Part shown: piece after piece, positions 18,981-28,263 of the stretch | Position numbering within the stretch: the first letter of the stretch is position 1 | Layout of the letters: every line of letters starts with the position of its first letter | DNA from: an uncultured bacterium | Lineage (GTDB): Bacteria; Fidelibacterota; Marinisomatia; Marinisomatales; JACNKV01 | Assembly (NCBI GenBank): GCA_964422145.1 | Contig: CAYQZV010000002.1 | Span: 150,817 to 214,816 of the forward strand | Reading direction: 5' to 3' | Length of the DNA stretch: 64,000 bases | The notes under the pieces: model-generated | What the model was told of the DNA's origin: nothing | The model's database searches: none | The model's input: only the letters and a program-made list of their open reading frames with translations | Translations under genes and position numbers: made by a program

Positions 18981-20402
18981 ATGCTAGATACAAGACGAGA
19001 AGTAAGACGACGAATCAGTCAATTAGAGTTTAACTCACAGAGGGCTTTAACCAAGATCTTTTTCAGCCTAGTTGCGGCGGCGGCGATCAGCTTAGTCCCT
19101 GATTATGCCGGGTTGTCTGAAGCCGGTCGATGGACATTTTTCATCATGTTATTCGGCGCAGGATTATGGATATCGGAAGCGATTCCTGCTTTTGCCACCG
19201 CATTGGTGATCATCGCATTGGAGATCGCTATTTTAGGGAATCCGAATGGTGTTTTTGCAACCGGTCCCAAAGATTGGGAAATGTTCATCCGGCCGTGGTC
19301 CAGTCCGTTGATTTGGCTGTTCTTCGGCGGATTCATCCTCGCAGCCGCGGCTTCCAAAACTCGATTAGACCGCTGGATTGCCCGGAATGTTCTGGGCTGG
19401 TTCGGCACGCGCCCGATCAATGTGCTGATGGGATTGATGATCATCACGTTCATCTTTTCGATGTTCATGTCCAACACAGCAACCACGGTGATGATGCTGG
19501 CGGTTTTAATGCCGGTGATCGCCAAACTTGATCCAAAAGATCCGTTCGCAAAATCCATGCTGCTTGGCGTTCCATTTGCAGCCAACTTAGGCGGTATGGG
19601 GACGATTATCGGCTCTCCTCCGAATGCGATCGCCGTCGGTTCGTTATCCGGAGTGTTCTCTATCAATTTTGCCGAATGGATGATGATCGGATTACCACCT
19701 GCCATCGTTTTGGTCATTTTAGCCTGGATCTATCTGATCAAACACTATCCTGCGAAAACGGATACCATTGACTTAAGTGATCTCTTGGACAGCTCGTATC
19801 AAAGTGCAATTCTGCCGCTTTGGAAAAAATTACTGGCCTTAGCCGTTCTCATTCTGACCATCGGATTATGGCTGACCAGTCCTCTCCACGGCATCCCAAC
19901 GCCGGTCGTGTCCTTTTTACCCATCGCTTTATTCGCTTCCGTCCGGATCATCGGTGTTGACGACCTTCGAAAACTACCGTGGGAAGTCTTGATCCTGTTG
20001 ACCGGGGGATTATCCTTGGGTGTAGCTGTGTTAAAAACCGGATTGGCCGAATGGTTGGTCGGCGGGTTGTCCCTGGAAAAGGGCGGCACGATCATTTTGA
20101 TCTTTCTGTTTGCCTATACAGCCACGATCATCTCCAATTTTATGAGCAATACAGCCGCGACTAATATTTTAGTTCCGATTGGATTAACCGCTGCCATCGG
20201 GTTTGAACCGCACATCGTGGTCGCTATTGCACTCGGTGCCTCTTCTGCCATGTGCATGCCGATCTCAACCCCGCCGAATGCGTTGGCATATTCATCCGAA
20301 AAACTGGACATGAAAGATTTTCTGACCGGCGGAATTTTGATCGGACTGCTTGCACCAGTTCTATCCGTATCATGGATCATCTGGATAATCGATAAAATTT
20401 AA
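18981..20402 (+). CDS. DASS (SLC13) family di/tricarboxylate or sulfate:sodium symporter
   Basis: Two hairpin SNT motifs (FMSNTATTVMM and FMSNTAATNILVP). 473 aa, polytopic. Confidence 0.88.
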   Translation: MLDTRREVRRRISQLEFNSQRALTKIFFSLVAAAAISLVPDYAGLSEAGRWTFFIMLFGAGLWISEAIPAFATALVIIALEIAILGNPNGVFATGPKDWEMFIRPWSSPLIWLFFGGFILAAAASKTRLDRWIARNVLGWFGTRPINVLMGLMIITFIFSMFMSNTATTVMMLAVLMPVIAKLDPKDPFAKSMLLGVPFAANLGGMGTIIGSPPNAIAVGSLSGVFSINFAEWMMIGLPPAIVLVILAWIYLIKHYPAKTDTIDLSDLLDSSYQSAILPLWKKLLALAVLILTIGLWLTSPLHGIPTPVVSFLPIALFASVRIIGVDDLRKLPWEVLILLTGGLSLGVAVLKTGLAEWLVGGLSLEKGGTIILIFLFAYTATIISNFMSNTAATNILVPIGLTAAIGFEPHIVVAIALGASSAMCMPISTPPNALAYSSEKLDMKDFLTGGILIGLLAPVLSVSWIIWIIDKI

Positions 20403-20463
20403 TCGGTTTATGATCATGAAGCCGCTTCTACTTAAACAGCATAATTACGGTGGTTAAATACAC

Positions 20464-21057
20464 ATGAAACATCCTGCATTCTTTTCAGACATTGAACCGA
20501 TCATTCTTCAAGACAAACTGGCGCATTTTCTCGGTGCGTTTGAAAATGGCATCATCGAATTTCACTACTTAGATGTGGTGAAATCCGCCGGACACAGCTG
20601 CCCGACCGTTGCCGGGGCTTTCTTAATGACACGTGAAGGACTGAAAGCTTTATATCCCCAGGGACTTCCACAGCGCGGTGAGATTTTAGTCTCATTTAAA
20701 GAAGATATCAATGACGGCGTGACGGGTGTTATTGCAAATATCGTCACTCAAATTACCGGGGCTACCGAACATCACGGATTCAAAGGCATCGGCGGTCAAT
20801 TTGCCCGATACGGACTGATGCAATTTCAAGATGATATCCCTTCCAACATTCGGTTTCAACGAAAAGACACCGGTGAAACGGTGGACGTTTATTATGATCC
20901 GACTCGTATCCCCGTTGATCCTCTTCAGCCGCAGCTTATGCAGAAAATCAAAATGGGAACCGCAACAACTGAGGATAAAATATCTTTTGCTGAACTTTGG
21001 CAAAAACGGGTAGAACAAATTTTTAATGATGTTGAAAGTGTCATAAAAGTAACTTGA
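20464..21057 (+). CDS. hypothetical protein, weakly FmdE-like (GHSCPTVAGA motif)
   Basis: 197-aa ORF. The only cue is a motif resembling the HxCPG of FmdE-domain proteins. Confidence 0.35.
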   Translation: MKHPAFFSDIEPIILQDKLAHFLGAFENGIIEFHYLDVVKSAGHSCPTVAGAFLMTREGLKALYPQGLPQRGEILVSFKEDINDGVTGVIANIVTQITGATEHHGFKGIGGQFARYGLMQFQDDIPSNIRFQRKDTGETVDVYYDPTRIPVDPLQPQLMQKIKMGTATTEDKISFAELWQKRVEQIFNDVESVIKVT

Positions 21058-21141
21058 TTGTGCCTATTCGTTAAACTCGAATTTCTCTTTCGGCGACATC
21101 TTAATATTCATACCAGTAATCAAAGAAAACATTGTTTAATG

Positions 21142-21160
21142 AATTAAATAATATTTAATT
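21142..21160. promoter_or_regulatory. 19-nt perfect palindrome AATTAAATA-A-TATTTAATT upstream of the XRE-cupin regulator
   Basis: Read directly from the sequence. It lies 28 nt upstream of the ATG at 21188. The context is AT-rich, so chance is possible. Confidence 0.3.
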
Positions 21161-21187
21161 TATAAAGTCAGATTTAAGTTGCTAGTT

Positions 21188-21745
21188 ATGCACAGAATGG
21201 GTCAAAGAATAAAAAAGCGAAGAGAAAGCCTGAATATTCAGACGGTTGATCTTGCCAACAGTATAAATGTTACCTCCAGTCTCATCTCACAGATAGAACG
21301 GGGGAAAGCCTTTCCATCTATCCTTACGTTGAAAAAGATAGCCGATGCACTGCAGACATCTGTGGGGATTTTGATCGGTGAAAAAGCAACCTTTATTAAA
21401 AATCCTGTGCTCAAAGCATCTGAACGCAAGTTTGCAAAACGCAACAAAAAAGGGGCTAGTTTATTCCTTTTATCTCACCATGATTCTTTAAAGCAAATGG
21501 ATCCGTTTATCGTTGAGTTTAAGAAAAACGGAGATTCAAGAGATATCATGACTACGAACAATCCCAGACAGGAATTCATTTATGTGTTGAAAGGGAGTTT
21601 CCAAGTAGAACTCCGTGAAAACACTTATACTATTCACGAGGGTGACAGTTTTTACTTTTATTCATCTCAGAAACATCTGTTTACAAATATTTCAGAAGGA
21701 ACGGCTCAGTTTATTTGGGTTGTAAACCAAGCTAACAATCATTAA
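21188..21745 (+). CDS. XRE-family HTH regulator with C-terminal cupin domain
   Basis: HTH region NIQTVDLANSINVTSSLISQIERGK..PSILTLKKIADAL, and a cupin-like C-terminus (GDSFYF...H). Confidence 0.85.
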   Translation: MHRMGQRIKKRRESLNIQTVDLANSINVTSSLISQIERGKAFPSILTLKKIADALQTSVGILIGEKATFIKNPVLKASERKFAKRNKKGASLFLLSHHDSLKQMDPFIVEFKKNGDSRDIMTTNNPRQEFIYVLKGSFQVELRENTYTIHEGDSFYFYSSQKHLFTNISEGTAQFIWVVNQANNH

Positions 21746-21764
21746 TCAAAACAAAGATTTCAAT

Positions 21765-23306
21765 ATGGATTTAACAATTAACAATATTATAGACCGAAGC
21801 AATTATTCCGACGAAACAAAAGAGATCATCGCAAAAGAAAACTTGCTCCCGATCGGTCTGTTGAAAAGATTACACAGCAGTTATCCAAATGCATCCGGGA
21901 TCATGGATACCTCTGCAAAAATGTTTACGGAAAAAGCACGATATTCCGGTTTAAACGGGTACAACGAAATTATCGACATACTGGAAAAAAATGGTATTAA
22001 CTTGGGTTATGCCGATGAAAGAGAACTTTTTATCCGAATATATCGCTTCATGGCAACCAAACATGTGCTGAATTCTATCAACTGGAAAGACTTTGAAAAA
22101 GATTCCCTCTTTCAATTGACATTCCCTCAGCCGAGAATGATCGCAGAAGAAACTGTCCGGGAGTTTACTGACGCTGGTTCTGAAGAAGAAAAACAGAATA
22201 TTGTAGATGAGTACATCAAAAGATTCACCAACCCGCATGACGGAAAACAGTTGCTGAACAAACCTTGGTTTACCAATGATGGTGGTGATTTGGAATTTCT
22301 GGAAGGAAGCCAGCATAAATATCCGCCGGTTCAACTGATCTTTGACAAATCGACACAGGAATGTTTCGCCTTCTGTACTTATTGCTTCAGACATGCACAG
22401 GTTAGAGGGGACGATGACATGTTTGTTCAAAACGAGATCACACCTGTTCATGATTATCTGAAACAGCATAAAGAAATCTCTGATATGCTTATTACCGGCG
22501 GAGATGCCGGGTATATCACCTACAAAAGATTGAAAGCCTATGCCTTGCCGGTGATTGAAGACCCTGATTTGCTTCATATCAAAACACTTCGACTGGGCAG
22601 CCGCGTGTTAACGTATCATCCTGAAATGATCCTGACAAAAAAATACGAAAAGATTCTGGAACTTTTCCGTCATCTTATTGAAAACGGCGTTCAAGTAATC
22701 TTTATGTCACACTTTTCAACACCAAGAGAATTACTTAATCCTGCAACGGTTGCGGCTATCAGAAGATTAAAATCCTATGGGGTTACTTTGAAAAGTCAAA
22801 GCCCGATTATGAATCATATCAGCTTGTTCACCTATGACAACGGTGAAATCGATGTTGACCGCTCAGCGCAAAACTGGATTGATCTTGGAAACATCCTTGC
22901 TATGTTGGGCATGGGATTTCATTCGATGTATTGTGCCAGACCCACTGGAGAGCACCATTACTTTACTTCGCCTTTGGCGGATATCAACAAAGTGTTCAAC
23001 AAAGTTTACAGAACCCTTGCCTCCGTGAACAGGCCTTCAAGATATATTACGATGACATCATCAGCCGGAAAGGTTTCGCTGATAGGAACAACAGAAATCA
23101 AGGGAGAAACCTTATTCGTTCTTAAATTTAATGAAGGACGTAATATGGAATGGATTGATAAAGTGTACTTGGCGAAATATGATGAAAAAGAGAATACAAT
23201 CGAAAAGCTTATCCCATACGAAGGAGATAAGCACTTTTATGAAGATGAGTTAATCGAGATTGAAAACACCCTCCAGGAAAGTCTGGAAGCTCGATTGAAT
23301 AAATAA
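21765..23306 (+). CDS. KamA-family radical SAM aminomutase (2,3-aminomutase-like), long form
   Basis: CxxxCxxC cluster CFAFCTYCFRH and a KamA-like layout. At 513 aa it is longer than canonical KamA. Confidence 0.7.
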   Translation: MDLTINNIIDRSNYSDETKEIIAKENLLPIGLLKRLHSSYPNASGIMDTSAKMFTEKARYSGLNGYNEIIDILEKNGINLGYADERELFIRIYRFMATKHVLNSINWKDFEKDSLFQLTFPQPRMIAEETVREFTDAGSEEEKQNIVDEYIKRFTNPHDGKQLLNKPWFTNDGGDLEFLEGSQHKYPPVQLIFDKSTQECFAFCTYCFRHAQVRGDDDMFVQNEITPVHDYLKQHKEISDMLITGGDAGYITYKRLKAYALPVIEDPDLLHIKTLRLGSRVLTYHPEMILTKKYEKILELFRHLIENGVQVIFMSHFSTPRELLNPATVAAIRRLKSYGVTLKSQSPIMNHISLFTYDNGEIDVDRSAQNWIDLGNILAMLGMGFHSMYCARPTGEHHYFTSPLADINKVFNKVYRTLASVNRPSRYITMTSSAGKVSLIGTTEIKGETLFVLKFNEGRNMEWIDKVYLAKYDEKENTIEKLIPYEGDKHFYEDELIEIENTLQESLEARLNK

Positions 23307-23336
23307 CGAATCCACAACCCATTAATTGGACCTATT

Positions 23337-24050
23337 ATGATCAATAAAATTAAACCATCCGCAGCCGAGGCAGTCGCTGATATCTTTGACGGTGCGACGG
23401 TCATGATCGGCGGATTTGGAGAAGCCGGCAGTCCCATTGAGTTGATCCATGCTCTGATTGATCAGGGCGCGAAAGACTTAACTGTCGTCAGCAACAACAC
23501 CGGCAGCGGCAACATCGGACTCGCAGCGTTGATCGAACAGCGACGCGTGCGTAAAATGATCTGCTCGTTCCCAAGGACGGCAAACTCAACCGTTTTCCCT
23601 GAATTGTACAATGCAGGAGAAATTGAATTGGAACTCGTTCCACAAGGCACATTGGCTGAGCGGATTCGATCTGCCGGAGCAGGAATCCCAGCTTTTTTCA
23701 CGCCCTCTTCTGTGGGAACGCCGTTAGAAGAAGGAAAAGAAACCCGCGATTTTGATGGAACGACTTACGTCATGGAACATGCGATCTATGCGGATTTTTC
23801 ATTGGTGAAAGCGCTAAAATCGGATCGATACGGAAATCTCGTTTACAATAAAACAGCCCGGAATTTCAGTCCCATCATGTGTATGGGTGCTAAAACAGCC
23901 ATCGTTCAAGTCAAAGAAATTGTTGAACTCGGCGACATTGATCCGGAATGCGTTGTAACGCCCGGTGTGTTTGTCCAGCGAGTCGTTGAGATTGCGAACC
24001 CGGAACATGAATCAAAGCTTGTTGCAGAAGGAAGGCGGTATCCATCATGA
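23337..24050 (+). CDS. 3-oxoacid CoA-transferase subunit A
   Basis: GGFGEAGSPIELI...KDLTVVSNN, as in ScoA/AtoD/PcaI. Confidence 0.9.
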   Translation: MINKIKPSAAEAVADIFDGATVMIGGFGEAGSPIELIHALIDQGAKDLTVVSNNTGSGNIGLAALIEQRRVRKMICSFPRTANSTVFPELYNAGEIELELVPQGTLAERIRSAGAGIPAFFTPSSVGTPLEEGKETRDFDGTTYVMEHAIYADFSLVKALKSDRYGNLVYNKTARNFSPIMCMGAKTAIVQVKEIVELGDIDPECVVTPGVFVQRVVEIANPEHESKLVAEGRRYPS

Positions 24051-24697
24051 TCGCATTTGAGAAAAAAGGCTGGAGCCGTGATGAAATGGCTCAGAGAGCG
24101 GCGCAAGATATCCCGGACGGTGTTTATGTCAATCTGGGAATCGGCATTCCTGAAAAAGTCGCCGGGCATGTTCCTGAAGGCCGCGAAGTGATCTATCATA
24201 CAGAAAATGGTTTACTTGGGATGGGTCCCACACCGGAAGCCGGACTGGAAGACCCGGAATTGATTAATGCAGGGAAAAAACCTGTGACGGCGGTTAAGGG
24301 AGCGTGTTACTTTCACCACAGCGACAGCTTTACCATGATCCGCGGCGGACACATTGATTACTCCGTGTTGGGGGCACTTCAAGTCTCCAAGGATGGCGAT
24401 CTTGCGAATTGGTCCACCGGAAAACCGGGTGCAATTCCTGCGGTTGGCGGAGCAATGGATTTGGTCGCCGGTGTGAAAAATGTCTGGGTGATCACGGATC
24501 ACAATACCAAAGACGGTCAATTTAAAATCGTCAATGAATGTTCATTCCCTCTCACAGGGAAAGGCGTTGTGGATACCATCTACACCAATCTTGCTGTCAT
24601 GGATGTTACGGAGAAAGGATTGGTCGTCAGAGAATTAGCTCCAGGCGTTACCTTTGACTATCTGCAAGAGCACACAGAACCGAAACTGCTTCGATAA
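24047..24697 (+). CDS. 3-oxoacid CoA-transferase subunit B
   Basis: Catalytic-Glu motif TENGLLGMGP. ATGA overlap with subunit A. Confidence 0.9.
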   Translation: MIAFEKKGWSRDEMAQRAAQDIPDGVYVNLGIGIPEKVAGHVPEGREVIYHTENGLLGMGPTPEAGLEDPELINAGKKPVTAVKGACYFHHSDSFTMIRGGHIDYSVLGALQVSKDGDLANWSTGKPGAIPAVGGAMDLVAGVKNVWVITDHNTKDGQFKIVNECSFPLTGKGVVDTIYTNLAVMDVTEKGLVVRELAPGVTFDYLQEHTEPKLLR

Positions 24698-24710
24698 GGA
24701 AAACTTGATA

Positions 24711-26087
24711 ATGTCACCTACAAAGCAAAAAACCAGTGCCGATATCTATGCGGATGCTGTGACTGTTCTTCCTGGCGGTGTAAGTCGAAACACCATCTTT
24801 CATAAACCTTATCCGCATTATGCTGCAGGCGCACAAGGATGTTATGTAACTGATATTGACGGAACAAAACGAATCGACTTCGCCAATAATATGGCATCCC
24901 TGATACACGGGCATGCATACCCGCCTGTTGTGAAAGCGGTCACCGAACAGCTTAAAAAAGGGTCTGCCTATACTCTTGCAACAGAAATAGAAGTTCGATA
25001 CGCCCAGCATTTGACCGGCCGTGCAGAAAGTCTTGAAAAGATCCGATTTGTCAACTCCGGGACAGAAGCGGTTATGTCCATGATTAAAACAGCCAGAGCT
25101 TTTACCGGAAAGTATAAGATAGCAAAAGCAGAAGGGTCCTATAACGGCTCGTATGACTTTGTTGAAGTGAGCCAGGTATCCGGTCCTGAGAACTGGGGTG
25201 ATGTGGCAAAACCCACTCGGAATCCCTTGGCATTTGGTACACCTCCGGGCGTGCTGGAAGATGTAATTGTGTATCCGTTCAATGACACAAGCAGGACCAT
25301 CAATCTCCTGAACGAATACGCCGATGAGATAGCCTGCGTATTAATTGATCCCATTCCGCACCGGATAGGATTATTTGAATCCACAAGTGAGTTTGTAGAA
25401 GCCATTTACAATTGGACCCGAGAAAATAATTCACTCATGGTGTTTGATGAAGTCATAACTTTTCGTACTAATTATGGAGGGGCTCAGGAGAATTATCCCC
25501 ATAAACCTGATCTGACAGCCTTAGGCAAAATGATTGGAGGCGGATTCCCCGTGGGGGCATTCGGCGGCCGTGCAGATGTGATGGATGTCATGAATCCTGA
25601 TAATTCCCCTCTCAAACTACCGCATTCAGGGACGTTTTCAGCCAACCCGATTACCACAACTGCCGGCTACGTGGCCATGAATGATTTTAACAAGGATGCT
25701 ATTTCAGCTCTTAATTCACTGACCCAAAAAGCCATCGATCAAATCTGGGAAGCTATCGAGCTGGCCGAAGTTCCTATGTCCATCTCAGGATCCGGCTCTA
25801 TGTTCAGGCTGCATCCGAGAAGACGTGTTCCGGAATCATACAGAGAAGCTTTCCAGTTTAAAGAAGAAAAGTCGATCATGACAAAAATCCTTGACCATTT
25901 ATTCTACAAGGAAAATATCATTATGGTTAATACAGGAACCGCTATGTTTTCTACAGCCATTACCCAGAAAGAAGTAGATAAGCTCTCTGAAGGATTGTAC
26001 AACGCCTTTATTGCCAATAAAGAAGAATTGACCGAAGTTTGGGAAAAGTATCACACAGAACATTTAGACGCCGACCCGAGGAAATAA
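24711..26087 (+). CDS. class-III (HemL/GSA-aminomutase-like) PLP aminotransferase
   Basis: The start is moved to MSPTKQK. PLP-lysine region LGKMIGGGFPVGAFGGR. FDEVITFR motif. Confidence 0.85.
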   Translation: MSPTKQKTSADIYADAVTVLPGGVSRNTIFHKPYPHYAAGAQGCYVTDIDGTKRIDFANNMASLIHGHAYPPVVKAVTEQLKKGSAYTLATEIEVRYAQHLTGRAESLEKIRFVNSGTEAVMSMIKTARAFTGKYKIAKAEGSYNGSYDFVEVSQVSGPENWGDVAKPTRNPLAFGTPPGVLEDVIVYPFNDTSRTINLLNEYADEIACVLIDPIPHRIGLFESTSEFVEAIYNWTRENNSLMVFDEVITFRTNYGGAQENYPHKPDLTALGKMIGGGFPVGAFGGRADVMDVMNPDNSPLKLPHSGTFSANPITTTAGYVAMNDFNKDAISALNSLTQKAIDQIWEAIELAEVPMSISGSGSMFRLHPRRRVPESYREAFQFKEEKSIMTKILDHLFYKENIIMVNTGTAMFSTAITQKEVDKLSEGLYNAFIANKEELTEVWEKYHTEHLDADPRK

Positions 26088-26089
26088 CT

Positions 26090-27292
26090 ATGAAACACGT
26101 TTATATTTGCGACGCAATCCGTACTCCTGTTGGAAAATTTGCAGGGACGTTATCATCCGTTCGACCCGATGACCTAGCTGCCATTCCGATGAAAGCATTA
26201 CGCGAAAGAAATCCTAATATCGATTGGGAAAATGTTGATGACGTCATCTACGGATGTGCAAACCAAGCCGGTGAAGATAACCGAAATGTAGCGAGAATGG
26301 GACTTCTGCTTGCCGGGTATCCAGTGAGTGTTCCCGGTGTTACCGTAAACCGTCTTTGCGGATCAGGAATGGAAGCTATTGGAGCAGCTGCACGAGCGAT
26401 CCGAATTGGTGAAGCTGATCTCATTGTGGCCGGCGGCGTGGAAAGCATGACCCGCGCTCCGTTTGTTGTAGGGAAATCCGACACAGCATTTGGTCGATCT
26501 CAGGAATTTTTTGATACAACCATCGGCTGGCGGTTCATTAACAAAAATCTGGATAAAATGTACGGCACGGAATCCATGATACAGACCGCAGAAAATATTG
26601 CCAAGGATTTTAATATCAGCCGTGAAGATCAAGATGCGTTTGCCCTTTGGAGTCAAACAAAAGCCAAAAAAGCTCAGGAAGAAGGACTCTTAGCTCGAGA
26701 AATCGTCCCTGTGGTGATCCCACAGCGAAAAAAAGATCCTGTCATTTTTGAACACGATGAACATCTAAGATTCTCTCCGCTTGAAAAACTGGCTTCTTTG
26801 AGACCGATTCTTGGAGAAGGGACATCCATCACAGCCGGGAATGCATCCGGTGTGAATGACGGTGCAGCGGCACTAATTATTGCATCGGAAATTGCGGTGA
26901 AAAAATACAATCTGTCTCCCATCGCAAAGATCAAGGGAATGATGTCAGCCGGTGTCGAGCCGAGAATTATGGGAATGGGACCCGTCCCCGCAACCCGGAA
27001 ATTATTGACGCATCTCGGAATGACGCTTGACCAAATGGATATCATTGAATTGAATGAGGCTTTTGCCGCTCAATCGCTGGGATGCACGCGGGGATTGGGT
27101 CTTGCTGATGATGATGAAAGAATTAACCGCCTGGGCGGAGCCATCGCATTGGGACATCCGCTTGGGATGAGCGGCGCAAGGCTGGTAACATCGGCGGCTT
27201 ATCAGATAAAACATTCTGATGCAAAAACAGCTCTCTGCACGATGTGTATCGGCGTTGGGCAGGGAATTGCGATGGTCATCGAAAAAGTCTGA
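26090..27292 (+). CDS. acetyl-CoA C-acyltransferase, PaaJ/PcaF (3-oxoadipyl-CoA thiolase)-like
   Basis: The start is moved to MKHVYICDAIRTPVGKF. Motifs CANQAGEDNRNVARM, NRLCGSG, FDTTIGWRFIN, NEAFAAQ and CTMCIGVGQGIAM align almost residue for residue with E. coli PaaJ as I remember it. Confidence 0.9.
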   Translation: MKHVYICDAIRTPVGKFAGTLSSVRPDDLAAIPMKALRERNPNIDWENVDDVIYGCANQAGEDNRNVARMGLLLAGYPVSVPGVTVNRLCGSGMEAIGAAARAIRIGEADLIVAGGVESMTRAPFVVGKSDTAFGRSQEFFDTTIGWRFINKNLDKMYGTESMIQTAENIAKDFNISREDQDAFALWSQTKAKKAQEEGLLAREIVPVVIPQRKKDPVIFEHDEHLRFSPLEKLASLRPILGEGTSITAGNASGVNDGAAALIIASEIAVKKYNLSPIAKIKGMMSAGVEPRIMGMGPVPATRKLLTHLGMTLDQMDIIELNEAFAAQSLGCTRGLGLADDDERINRLGGAIALGHPLGMSGARLVTSAAYQIKHSDAKTALCTMCIGVGQGIAMVIEKV

Positions 27293-27682
27293 TCTTGGCT
27301 CTTCACCTTCCCGGGGATGCTTTAAGTTTATATTTTAGTCTGTATTTAAACAAAGATTCTCTCGAAATAAATCACATTAATCTATTCCTAAGATTTTGAA
27401 CCCTTACAACAACATTATTTCTAAAGTATTTATGTATTCATGACCAAAATAGAAGAAACCAGTGACTGAATCAGATTATGGTAAAAGGGCATATGTTTGC
27501 CCATTATCATCTTATCGTTCATTGAAAAGACAGCTTCTAAAAACAGAACTCAATTACTTTGGACCAATTTTTAGCCAGAATTTATAGCAATAAATATATT
27601 TGGGTCTTAGCGTTACAACAGATGGGTTAAGCAGCAAAAATTCTTGTGAAATAGTCCACTTAAGTGATTTGCTAGTTTTTCA

Positions 27683-28261
27683 TTATTCCATTAACCTAAA
27701 CCAGTCTCTTACGGTTAATTTTAGCCTGACGATTTCGTCCTCCGCTAATGGACTACAATGGGCAATTGGGCCCCTTAAAAGATTTAGACTATTCATCACT
27801 CTATTGAAACCTTTCTGGCTATTAAATAAGTCACCAAATTTATCCCAATTTTTTCTAACTATTTCTCCTAGTTCACCAAAGGTTGTGTAATCAAGCTCGT
27901 CATCTGATCTTTGTGTAAAGGCTGAATCTACTTCCCTTTTTATATTGTCTATTACGTTTTTTCTAATATGGCTTGGTATATCAACAATATCCCACCAGTT
28001 GTCACTAATTTCAGATTTTAATTTTTCATTTATTATGTTTCTTATTGACACTTCTAAACAATAGAAAAGTTCATAGTGAACTGCCATTTCTCTGGCTTCT
28101 GCTCGTATAGCATGTTGGAACTGTGGGTAATAGTCCTCATCTTTATCTTTTTCTGGATCATAATCACGACCTAATTCAATCTTAAGATTCTCCTCTATAT
28201 TATCTAAAGCTCGTTCAGCCATTTGGTTAGACATTGCAAATAGTTTTATTTTATCTTCCAT
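27683..28261 (-). CDS. Swt1-like HEPN domain protein (putative RNase)
   Basis: 192 aa. Rx4H motif R163-GPIA-H168 within LNLLRGPIAHCSPL. Upstream landmarks LEVSIRNIINEKL, DNWW and DYTTFGELGEIVRKNWDKF match my memory of PF18731. Confidence 0.75.
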   Translation of the reverse strand: MEDKIKLFAMSNQMAERALDNIEENLKIELGRDYDPEKDKDEDYYPQFQHAIRAEAREMAVHYELFYCLEVSIRNIINEKLKSEISDNWWDIVDIPSHIRKNVIDNIKREVDSAFTQRSDDELDYTTFGELGEIVRKNWDKFGDLFNSQKGFNRVMNSLNLLRGPIAHCSPLAEDEIVRLKLTVRDWFRLME

Positions 28262-28263
28262 GA

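Noticed and set aside
19103-19717. 204-aa minus-strand ORF opposite the DASS transporter.
   Set aside because: It is an antisense shadow ORF. The plus-strand product has both SNT transporter motifs.
21951-22577. 208-aa minus-strand ORF opposite the KamA-like gene.
   Set aside because: It is an antisense shadow ORF with no motifs. The plus-strand frame carries the radical-SAM CxxxCxxC.
26248-27214. Four minus-strand ORFs (70-123 aa) opposite the thiolase.
   Set aside because: They are antisense shadows of a near-canonical PaaJ-like thiolase.
27600-27890. 96-aa plus-strand ORF overlapping the 3' end of the HEPN gene.
   Set aside because: It is antisense to a motif-supported gene and has a low-complexity translation.
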